Positions 12,944 to 23,461 of a DNA stretch of 64,000 nucleotides are shown here, piece after piece. The DNA is taken from contig CM106585.1 of assembly GCA_048013815.1 (NCBI GenBank), positions 16,554,001-16,618,000 of the forward strand. The letters are read 5' to 3'. Every line of letters begins with the position of its first letter. Positions within the stretch are counted from its first letter, which is position 1. Below the pieces are notes generated by a model. It had not been told where the DNA came from. It was given only the letters and a program-made list of their open reading frames with translations, and did no database searches. A program made the translations under genes and the position numbers. The DNA comes from Setoptus koraiensis (Eukaryota; Animalia; Arthropoda).

Positions 12944-13026
12944 GACTTCCGGTCAGGGTGGAAGAAAACGGTTTTGGCCAGCGTGGGCCAGATGAAGGGC
13001 GGCCGAAAAGAAGAGGAAGTGACGTT
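12944..13026. promoter_or_regulatory. Possible ETS and ETS/CRE-like sites
   Basis: GACTTCCGGT near 12944 and GGAAGTGACGT near 13015; motif match only. Confidence 0.2.
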
Positions 13027-14367
13027 GTCATAATGCGTCGTAACGCTGCTCATATATACTCGATATTTGAGCAGGTGATGGGGCCGATATAACGCCAGCA
13101 GCACCGGCAAGCCAACAATGCGCCCGCCGCCCAGATAATGGGTGCGGGCGGCGCCATTGTGCGCCGCCCGCACGCCATGGACTAGCCAAACTAGCCCCGT
13201 CCGGATGAACGAACCGAATGATTTCTTGCGCGCCAATCCGTTTCTGTCCGAAATTCTCAGCAGAACAAGCACAGCTTTTGTTTGAAAATCTCTAGTCGGA
13301 CATGGCCGAAATAATGGCGAAAAATAATAATAGTTCCGCACCTTCGATATTCATCGAAGGATCTCAACCAGAGACTCTCTCAGGTGAAGATTCGGCCCCA
13401 TCTTGGGCAGCAGAAATTGTCGACCTAAAATTTCGGTTGTCTCTGCGTGTTCGCGTTTCGCGTCGAAATTTCCGTTTGAGATTTCGGAGGAAAAACTCGG
13501 CCAGAAAAACGTGCAAACGTTAGTTCAAGGACCCCGAATTTGATTTCAGACCATGCTGCCGACAGCGCTCTGAAAATATGGCCATCGCTACAGGAAGCTG
13601 TTGCAAGCAAAATGGCTGGCTCAGCAGCGTCTCGATGACTCTGGCAATATCATTTTACATAACTGTGCCAGAGAGAAAATTAATGTGGATTTCGGGCAAA
13701 CTAAATGGCGCCCAACTGACAACCTTAGCTGTCCGTTGGTTGTGCCAGTTTGGCACTCGCGACATCGGCCGAGAGAGGGACAGAGAGAGAGAGCGAGTGG
13801 AAGAGATAAAAATAATACACTTGCTACAGAGAACACAATAATAATAATGTGATTGTGTGTAACTCATGTTTGTTGCTCGCCAGTTTGCTAACAAGCTTTG
13901 GGCGCCCTCTTGAGTGGGCGAGTTTGGCTGTTTGGGCGCGCTTGTTTATGCCGGCCGCCCGGGGCTATAATCATCACTTTCACAAGCAGATGGCGCCTTG
14001 AAATGGGCACCGCTAACGGGCCAAACGCCGGGCGTAAAATGTTCGTAGATGGGCCGCTTGGAAACGCTTGCAGAGGCCGCCTAAACTGGGGCCCGCGAGT
14101 GGCGCACATATCTGTTACGGAAGTTGACCAATTTCCATTGGGCGATGTTTGAGAAGCGCGACGCGCGTCTCATTATGCCATGCTGGCTGGCGCTATCTCT
14201 GTTCCATTGTCTTCATTATGCAATCGAGAGAGAGATTATTACGCAGACAAACAATATGGCAAACTATAAATAACACGCCAATACAAAACTAACCACTTTG
14301 AGCCGACCACTGTGCCCTGTGCGGATAGGCTCGCCGATTGTGTATTCTCGATATCATCTAACCGACA

Positions 14368-14497
14368 ACAGCGCCAGCAACAACAACACCAACAGCGGCA
14401 ACAGCAGCAACAACAACACCAACAGCGGCAACAGCAACAGCAGCAACAACAACAACAGCAACAACAACGGCAGCAACAACAACAACATCAACAACAA
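14368..14497 (+). repeat. CAA/CAG compound microsatellite with a duplicated 30-bp unit
   Basis: CAGCAACAACAACACCAACAGCGGCAACAG occurs twice in tandem at 14375-14434. Confidence 0.9.
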
Positions 14498-15411
14498 GAG
14501 TTAGGCGTTGCTCTATGCAAATTGACATGCCATTGTTAGCCGAGAACAACTTTCAGCCGAGAGAGAGAGAGAGAGATTAGAATTGATTGATGCATCCAAT
14601 CGTATTGAGAACTTGATGTTTCTCTTCGCTCGGCGCCCTGTTTGCCGCTCGCCGCCAGCCAGCCAGTGAGTCACGCGGGCCGGCGTCAAAACAATTCGTC
14701 CTTGTTAGGCGCCCGACAAGCCAGTTACGCAACTGGCTGGCTGGCTCGTGCACGCAAACACTGGCTGACGCGGCCCGGCCCGGCCCGGCGGATTTGCATG
14801 TCGGCCATTATCACTTTTACTTACTCACTTTTACATCGTGCCGTTGCCCGATACCGCGCTCATCGGGCTCGGCCCGACGCTCAGCCAGCGCTCGGGCGCT
14901 TGCCGCTATCCACACTCTGCACCAGATAGTCCCGTGCCGGCTTAAGGCAACAAAGGGCGCACGGCCAGGCAGGGGGGGGGGGTGGCGATTAATGGCTGGC
15001 GGCGGCGCAAAGTGGATTTTTCGCTCGCAAACATCGATCAGTGTCGATTAGTCTCAATTGATGATCAGGCAACATTTAAAAATGAAGTGAAAGTGAAGAG
15101 TGCGGAGTGAAATTTGTTTCACTCCGTTTTTCCGTTTCGTCGTTTTATCCGGCGCCCATACTCACGTATTTGAGCGTATTATTGCGTGTGCGCCGCCGAT
15201 ATCTCGCACGATTTTTTCAGTCGTCCACAAGTTGGCTTATCGGGCTAGGCGCGCAACCGCTTCGTCTTGGGCCGCTCGGCTCGGGCCCAAATGAGCCTCG
15301 TTAATGTATCGGGGCCGACATGTTAATGGCTGGCGCGCATTATGTGCGCCGAAACTGGCCGACTAGAAAGGCGCCCCAGAACGGGCTGTGAACGGGCGCC
15401 GAGGAACGCCC

Positions 15412-15573
15412 AAAAACCGCTCCGAAAACTGCACCGAAAACGGGCGACAAGTGCGCCGAAAACGAGCCGAAAATGAGCCGAAAATGGATGGAAACAGGGC
15501 CGAGAAACGCCCGAAAAGGCCGAGAAAAAGCGGAGAAAAAGCGGAGAAAAAGCCGAGAAAAAGCGGAGAAAAA
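15412..15573. repeat. About 11-bp periodic A-tract repeat (CCGAAAA grading to GCGGAGAAAAA)
   Basis: A3-A5 tracts start at 15412, 15425, 15437, 15459, 15470, 15481, 15492, 15505, 15514, 15525, 15536, 15547, 15558, 15569. Confidence 0.9.
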
Positions 15574-17922
15574 GTGGGCCGGCGGCCGCAAGCAAACAGT
15601 TTTCGCAACTTGTGCGTCTTGGCCCATTTTACGACAATTTCATCGGGTCGCGATAGACTGGCGGCACACACACAGTAATAGAAAACTAACTAATGTGATG
15701 CTGCGAGGCTGCACAATAGAAAAAGAGTGACATTGCGCGCGGCGGCCGGGGGCCGAAAAAAAGCCGGCGATAATTTTCAATCTATTTATTCATCGGCGGC
15801 CATTCGCTCGGGTTTCGTTTCGCTGGCTGGCGGCCCGAGCAGCGCGGCGACCGACCGGGCGACGCATGGCGGCTTGCCCGTTTCGCTTTCGGATTGAAAA
15901 GATTGGCTCGGCGGAAAAAAGCAGAAATAGGCGCGATTGGGGCGCCACCGTCGGGCGCCGGCTGACCCTGGCCCTGGATATCGCGCTCACAAATACGTAT
16001 GTACGTGTGTATAAATGTGCGCATTTATTGTTGTGTGCCGGCACGATCGATTCGCCGCGCGATCACTAATCCGTCTAGCGAACACACTGACACGGTTATT
16101 ATGTAATCCAAATAACTGCGCGCAGACAGACAGTCGGTCACACACCGAGCACACTCACACGCACACACACAAGTGGATTAGTGGGCCGCAATGGGCCGGA
16201 CGAGAGAGAGGGAGAAGCCACAAATATTGCGTCAGTCGTTTTGTGTGTGCGACCCACAATGCGCCGGGGCCCCAGTGGCCGGCCGGCCGTCCGAACCATT
16301 TGTTGTGTGCTGGTGGTTGTCGTGTTGTTTGCCCGCGCGCCGTGATCAAACATTGATTAGCTTCTAATGGTCCGATGGTCGCGGCGCCTCCGCGGGGCCC
16401 GCTGGCCCGATACGCCGCTCGCCGCTCGCCCCGTGTAACAGTGGCAAATCGACGGCGCGAATCGTGATAGCATTAAATAGCTTGGATAAAATTAATGCGC
16501 CGCCGGCCACTCAATACAATCGATACAGCGCGCACCTGACTCGTGGCGGCACGTCCAGCGCGCGGGGGCCCCGGCGTGACAGTTGGCCGCGCCACTGTCA
16601 CTGTGTGTCGTCGTGCACCGTCGCCGCTCGCCGGAGTTGTTTGTATGCACGTGGCAAGTTTGTGTATACACACACATGCATACATTGTTTCGGGGCGATA
16701 TTGCCAGCGCATAATCATTTCGCCGGCGCCCGGCCACACCTGCACGGCCGGCCCGTGGGCGGCCGCCCGGGCCCGCCCACGGAGCGCCGGCCAGACGGGC
16801 CAGACAGGCCAACGGGCCACGCGCTTCTGCTCGGGGGCCCAATGGCTAAGGGGCCGGCAAGGGCCGGCGAGGGGCAGTTTAATAGAGCACGCGGGCAATA
16901 AGAGCCCGACACTGAGCCGCCAGACACACTGAGCGGATTAAACTGCAAACTGCAATCAAATCGTGATAAGCCCCGACCCTCTAATCGGGCCCCCGCCGGC
17001 CGGCCGACCGGCCAGCCGGTCGGGCGGTTATTGCGACAAGCGCTGGCCGCTTGTCGCTATTTTTGCTGGCTGGGCGCGGGCCGGCTGGCCGCTGCCGCGG
17101 CCGCCGCTGCTGCTGCAGGCCACCAGCGAGAAAAATAGCCGGCCTGGCCAGACCAGCGGCCATCTTGTCCCGTCATGTGGGTCGCTGTCGGGCTCGCGTG
17201 ACTCGCAAACAATGGCCGCCTGGCAGCGGTGGCGTGTTGGCGCAGTAATTTTGTGTTTGTGACGAATAGATTGAGTTTGTGAGCGCGCGCGCTCTGGTGC
17301 CACTTTTTATAGCCGTTTGAAATAAATTGAGGCCGGCGAGCTCGTTAGGCCAGTTAGGCCCAGTGTGACTCACTGACTCTTGGCTCGTGCGGCCAGTTTA
17401 GCGCGCGGCCTTGTCTGTGCCCGTCGGCCCGTCTGGCTGTCTGGCCTCGAGCGGCTCAATGGAGGCCCCGCCGGAAAAACCGCCCAAAAACCGTTCCGCT
17501 GGCACATGCGAGACTGGGGCCCCGTTGGCCGATGCTGGCGACCCCTTTTCGCCGCCGCGCAAACAATCAAGCGCGGATAGTTGTGCGCGCGCTGTCACAC
17601 GCGATACCGTCAACGATGCCGCTACTCAATATGGTATCGGCTATCACAATTGGGCCCGCCGAGGCCCCAGTGGTGCCAGCGAGCGAGCGAGCAACAACAA
17701 CAAAAAAACACAGCCGACAGTTTCACTAAAACAAGTGTAGCGAGCGTGTAACTGTGTTTGCGATTATTTAATGTACCGGCCCGGCGTGTTGTTGGGCGCC
17801 CGCTGACACTGTGGACAACCAACAACAAAGCAATCATGATGTAATCTGCGCCTATTTGCTGGCCTGTCCGTTTTGGCAGATTTCGCTTAGTTTTATTTAT
17901 TTTCTCTCGCGCGCGCCAGGCC

Positions 17923-17963
17923 CGCACGAATTTGCACCAAGCGAATGGGTGCAAATTCGTGCG
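17923..17963. repeat. 16-bp perfect inverted repeat, 9-nt loop
   Basis: CGCACGAATTTGCACC (17923-17938) and GGTGCAAATTCGTGCG (17948-17963). Confidence 0.95.
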
Positions 17964-18107
17964 AAATTTTCCCGCCAACGTATTTTGCGCGTATCATTCT
18001 AAAGTATAACTGGCGGGCTCGTACGCGCCGATAGGTGTTCCTGGAAGCCGCAGAATGCGCGCCCGAAACATGCAGCTCGTGCAAAGTTTTCGTTCGGAAG
18101 CCGGCCC

Positions 18108-18308
18108 AACATTTCGTAACATCTCGGAACATTTCAGAACATTTCGGAACATTTCGGAACATTTCGGAACATTTCGGAACGTTTCGGAACACTTCGGGCT
18201 CGTTTTGCGACATTTCGGGCACGTTTCGGGACATTTCGGGCCCGTTTTAGGACTTTTCGCGCCCGTTTTAGGACTTTTCGGGCACGTTTCGGGACATTTC
18301 GAACATTC
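18108..18308. repeat. 10-bp minisatellite (ATTTCGGAAC) degenerating into about 21-bp dimeric units
   Basis: About nine near-perfect 10-mers at 18108-18197, then GGGCACGTTTCGGGACATTTC and CCCGTTTTAGGACTTTTCG variants. Confidence 0.95.
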
Positions 18309-19190
18309 TGGCGCGTTCCCGCTCGTGGGCGGGCGACAGTTCAAGCAAGAACAAGGGCGTGACGATCAATTATTGGCGCCCATCGACAGGCAACCAATTT
18401 TTTAGCCGAGCAAACAAGCGGCCCGGCCAGGCCGACGGCGCAATCCGTTGCAGTTGCGCGTACGTGTAGCGCGCGTCGTGTTGTATTGTTGTGGTTGTTG
18501 CTGGTGTCGTGGAGCTTGCAGTAGCAACAACAGCAGCAACAACAACGGCAACAACAGCAACAACAGCAGCGGCCATGTAGCGGCCCGTTCGCCGCGCCAG
18601 GACAACAGCAGCAACAACAAAAAGTTGTTGCTTTGCGCGAACGGCCTCGTGATGCGGCAGCGGCGCCCCGCCCCCAGTCGAGCCAGAAACATCTTGCCGC
18701 TGGCCCCAATCGGACTGACCAGCGGCGCCCGAGTTGGCCGCTCGCCCTCATGTATCTTGGGGCGAGACGGCGCAAGCCGAGCAGCACGCAGTTGGTGCAG
18801 TTATATTTGCAGCGGGCGGGCCATCAAAAAGACGACACCCGCGAGAGCCGGCCGAGATCATCCATCATTTATCATTTTATTATGATTATGATTCCCGGCC
18901 CGCGCTGCCGACGGCCGCGCAACTTGCCAACTGGCGGCCGAGCGGCTCGCGCTGCCAGAAGTTAAACGTGGTGGCACACAAGTGAGCGGCGCTATGAATT
19001 ATTACTTTCTTATTACATAATAATAATCCTTTTTTAGCGCTTAATCTACCTCGCCGGCCCGCTCCCGGCCGCCGGCCTCGGTGCGGCTCGCCCGATGGCC
19101 GGCCTGCGCCGACTGACGGCGCCGGGATACTTTTATGCAACCATTCGCCGCGACTGCTTAGCCAGATGCGGCCGTTTTGTCGCGCGATTT

Positions 19191-19239
19191 CCCGTCCGCG
19201 AATGTGCCCGTCCGCGAATGTGCCCGTCCGCGAATTCGC
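19191..19239. repeat. 16-bp tandem repeat, 3 copies, ending in palindrome GCGAATTCGC
   Basis: CCCGTCCGCGAATGTG at 19191 and 19207, variant at 19223. Confidence 0.95.
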
Positions 19240-19275
19240 TCCGTTTGCCGGCGCCACGCTGACACCAGGGTGTCG

Positions 19276-19304
19276 CCCCGCCCCCTCGCCACCCCCCACC
19301 CCCC
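19276..19304 (-). other. Potential G-quadruplex motif
   Basis: Plus-strand runs C4, C5, C6, C6 with 1-6 nt linkers; minus strand reads G6-T-G6-TGGCGA-G5-C-G4. Confidence 0.7.
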
Positions 19305-19328
19305 AGCCGGGCGAAAACGGCACAAAAG

Positions 19329-19374
19329 TGCGCGCCTGAACATAGCACTGAATGTCGCCATGTTCAGGCGCGCA
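19329..19374. repeat. 15-bp perfect inverted repeat, 16-nt loop
   Basis: TGCGCGCCTGAACAT (19329-19343) and ATGTTCAGGCGCGCA (19360-19374). Confidence 0.95.
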
Positions 19375-21895
19375 TAGGGGCAGGTCGCGAACGCCGCTAG
19401 TCGCTGCACTGGCACAGCGCGCAACTTTGGCCCCGTGTGCGCAACTTTGCCAAATTTGCGCCGCCGGCCCAGCGGGCGAGTAGACACGGAATGCCATAAA
19501 TGTTTTTAACGCTTCACTTGGCGGGCCTAGCTGCCATTGTTACAGTTGTCTGTAGTTTGTTAAGTAGCTTGGCGTCGTTGCGCTTTTTCGCCTCGCGGGC
19601 CACACCGCGTGCCACAGTTTTGCTCGTTGTGCGCGGCACAGCTCACAATGGGCACGGCAAATGTCGATGCGCCCATTACGGGCCCCTTTCATTTCGCTTC
19701 GGGTGTCTCTATTCACTTTAGGCAATTTGTGGCGTGCAGTTCATATCATCGGTGGGCCGCTGTCCCGACGGGGTATTGTTCACGGGCACTGGAACGGATA
19801 TTTTGGGCGCGTCTCGGCGCCGTCAGCAAACAGCGGACCAGACACACCGGGTCACACAAGCCGGTGGGCCGGTTCATTCGCAGTCTAGACGCAACAACCG
19901 CCGCGTGCCCAATGTCATCATCGGTCTGCCAGTGGTTCGGCCGGACACGGGCAGTGCGCGGGCGGGCGGCCCGGTCTGGCCCGGCCCGGTGGCGCGCCGC
20001 TGGGAGGTGCCGCGCGACAGGGCCCAGCGGCGCGCAACAACAGCAGTGAGGTACCCCGGGGGCATTGTTGCCCCGAGCGGGACGAGCTGTCAGTGGCCAC
20101 AAGTTGACACGGCCACTAATTAGAGTGATTCAAGTGACAGGCCCCCCCCCCGCTCGCTGGCTCTGTCTGTGATTCAGATTTTCAGCAAACAACACAACAA
20201 ACGGCGCTTGTTTACCGCCAGGCGCCACTTAGCTGGGCGGCCACTGTTAAATGGCGGATGGGCACGACACAGCAGTTAAGTACACTCACTTGAGCGACAC
20301 ACACACACACACACACGAGCAAATGGGGCCCCGCTACCGGCGCGTATATGCAAAATGATAAATGGATAAATGCAATTGGCCCAAATTGCTAGGTTGGCTC
20401 TCTCGGAATTAAATGGAATATAAACGCGCACTTGACACCATGTAATTTAGCGGCCCGGTGGCGCTGTCGCGGCCGGCAGCTTGTTGGCATGTGCTGTTCA
20501 AATATTACATAATCACAAACAAACAAACACAAACACAAACTGACACCAGCTGACTGAGATTGACCCGGCCCGCGCGCCAGCCCCGTTTCCGGCCCGGCCG
20601 GGCGCATTTGAGCTGCGACCGGGCTCTTCGGAGCTGCGACCGGGCGCCATTGATGGACCGCGGGCACGCAGACGGGCCAGCCAGCGGCGAGTTGACAGTT
20701 TAATGGCGAGCTCAGGTGCCGGCGCCAACTGGATCGCAGTGAGAGGCCGCTGCGCCCAGTTTATTAGTGAGCAGCTCATGCGAGAATGTGTCGTAGCGTC
20801 GGAGCGGTCGGTCGCGGTCTCGGGCCGATCCGATGGCCAGCGACGCAGCCAAGCAACCGCGATGGCCGCGATCGGAAAAGGGGGCGCCCGAATCGGGCCG
20901 CTATCGGTCATTGTCTGCGTGTGCCTGGGGCAGTTTTTGACAAAAGCTCGCCAATTTTTCGCGTCGCATCAATGCCACTTTTTGGGCCACCATCCACACG
21001 GGATTGTGCCGTTGTTGTTGTTGTTTATTTCGCTATTAGGGCTTGTTTATTTCGAAATCGCTGTCGTGTTTTCAGGGAAAACATGTAATTCTGGGAGAAA
21101 AAAAAATCCTACACCGTTCTCGCCACAACACCGACTACTGGAGCCGACCGACAAGAGTGACCGGAAGTCGGAGCAGAGCGCCACGATTAGTATTGCGCAT
21201 TGCGTGCCCGCACAACAGCGATTGTGCGCTTGTGTCATAATTTGCTGCGTTATCAGGCTGTTTCGCGTTGCATATTTTTGGTCTCTTCTTTTCGCAACTT
21301 GTTCTCTATTCTCTTGACAAATCGCGCTTGCACTAGGTGCGAGACTACGCGATTATTCGGGCACAATCATAACTCATCCAAACGGCTCGTCCAGTGGGCA
21401 GGATTTTGTCGATTAGAAGGCCACCGAAGGCAGCCAGAAGAAGAAGAACAAGTGACCCAAGATGGGCCATTTTTGCGCTCGTCGTTGCTGTGTGCCGGCC
21501 CGCGGCGGCGGCGGGCCCCTGGTCGCAGCACTTGTCGATGCTCGACTTCTTCTATTGTCTACAACGCTGGCACGGGCACCAAAACAAGAGTCATTGTGCC
21601 TACTTTGAATACCAACCATCTAATACTTGATTCTTGGGGCCGCTCCCTCCTTTTGGGCCTCTTTCTGGGCGCCACGCGCGGCAAGCGGATAAAGTGTTAT
21701 CATACAGCTGACACAGCAAAAACAACAACAGTCAGCAGCAGCGACGAGGGGCCCAGTCAGTGGTGGTCGTAGTGACCAGTTGTATGCGAGAGAGAGAGCG
21801 AGATCATCAATCAAATGTTGAATAAACGATGACAATTGAACTAGTGAGAGGCATTAACAGCTATCGCATCATCAACATCATTATAATTATGGCAT

Positions 21896-21949
21896 TGTTG
21901 TTGTCGTTTTTGTTGTGGCTGTCGTCGTCGTTGTAGTTGTTGTTGCTGT

Positions 21950-21985
<36 letters not shown>

Positions 21986-22066
21986 GGTTGTTGCTGTTGC
22001 TGTTGTTGCTGTTGTTGTTGTGGCTGTCGTCGTCGTTGTTGTTGTTGCTGTTGTTGTTGTTGCTGT
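21896..22066 (-). repeat. TTG/CTG/TCG compound microsatellite (CAA type on the minus strand)
   Basis: Direct reading; the block TGTGGCTGTCGTCGTCGTTGT occurs twice inside it. Confidence 0.95.
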
Positions 22067-22370
22067 TGGCAGCACAATAACGTCGGCATAGAGTTCGAAC
22101 GAACAGCCAGCCAGCGGATGGAGCGCGCTCAACATAATCGAGTGCGCTCCGGCCGCTTCGTTCCGGATTGGCTACTTTTCCAGGCGGCGCACTTTTGCCG
22201 GCCTGTGGCGCCGATTTTCGGCCCAGTTCGACCAACGTTCAAACAGCAATTGTTTTGTAAAATTCATTATTCACTCATTTATCCATTTTATTCTTCCTCA
22301 ATATCGGCCGTTGATGGGCCCCAATTCAACCGATGGGCCAATCGTTTGCCTATTAACCGAGCAGCGACCT

Positions 22371-22404
22371 ATATTTTACCGGAAAATTCCATCCGGTAAA
22401 ATAT
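22371..22404. repeat. 13-bp perfect inverted repeat, 8-nt loop
   Basis: ATATTTTACCGGA (22371-22383) and TCCGGTAAAATAT (22392-22404). Confidence 0.95.
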
Positions 22405-23351
22405 GCCTGATAAAATTTTGGAGGCGCGCGCGTTGAGGGTCGTGCATCGTGGAACGCGTGGAAATACTTATATCGCGGATTAGCGCTACTGCAAGAGAGC
22501 GACCAGGCCCAGTCGTAACTAAGCCAATAACAAGCCGAATTGCTGCTGGCCAGCTACCGGTTTCGACACAACAAAAGTTTGAGCCTTTAACTGGTCATTT
22601 AATGCCAGCCGTTAGCCGGTGTCTCGACATTTGGCTAAATTTTATTTTATGGTCGTTTTCCGTGGTACGCGCTATCTAACCGCTATTGCTGGCGGCTTCG
22701 GTTCAAATTTCTTTCAGCCATTTCAATTCGTCGTTGGTGCGTGCCTAGTTCCGGCAGCAGCCAGTCAATGCAAACAACAATTGCCTGAGCATATCGGTGA
22801 CGTAATCGACCAAATCGGCCCAAAATCAATAGATGTCTCTCGATATCAATATGTGCCCCCTCCCCCTCAGATAAATCAATATAGATAGCCGTTCCATGAA
22901 GCTAATTGATTGGGTTATATCGTATCGACGGCCTTGGATTGTGTCATTTTGGCGCGACTCAACTGGCGCCGCTAGTTGAGAAACATTGGCGACAATTGAT
23001 GTTGTTCAATGTTTGCGACACACACACACACACAATTGAGACAGGTGAAACCATTTGAAACGGATCGATCAATTGCGAGAATTGACGAGAATTGACACGC
23101 CAGCCAAATATAGTAGCCGAGTATTTACATTTGGCATCCAGCTCAATTTAGTGTGAAGCGCATTGTGTCTATATTCACATCTCAAGCCATCGCCTAAAGG
23201 CAAGTGAATTGCTGCTATGTGTTATATGTGGGGCACCTTATGTAATCTGTTTGTTTGTCTTTCTTTGCGAAAAGCGGCTGCCCGTTGCCGGAGCAGACCC
23301 AAGTATCAACTCACTCAATGTTGTTTCTGTGCTTTAGGCACTTAAACTTAC

Positions 23352-23461
23352 CCGACGATGCCAACGATGCGAGCCTCTCCTATGCGCAATTGTGTAAATT
23401 TGCACTTGTCTTCGCCGTGTCAATCCAGCGGCCCAGTTCATTTGGGGTCTGCCCGAAGCGC
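23352..23461 (-). other. Candidate 110-nt internal exon, probably non-coding or 5' UTR
   Basis: Minus strand has a TTAAC branch-like motif, acceptor TCTTCTCTATTACGTGCAG| (AG 23463-23462, about 70 nt AG-free upstream) and donor CGG|GTAAGT (23351-23346). One frame is open (ASGRPQMNWAAGLTRRRQVQIYTIAHRRGSHRWHRR) but I do not recognise it. Confidence 0.5.

Noticed and set aside
10131-13996. CTCF-like words (GCGCCATCTGATGG at 10131, CAAGCAGATGGCGC at 13983)
   Set aside because: One-mismatch matches are expected in DNA this rich in GGCGC; not supportable without ChIP.
16006-16020. 15-bp exact match TGTGTATAAATGTGC shared with 51146-51160
   Set aside because: A few 15-bp matches are expected by chance in 64 kb, and the flanks are unrelated.
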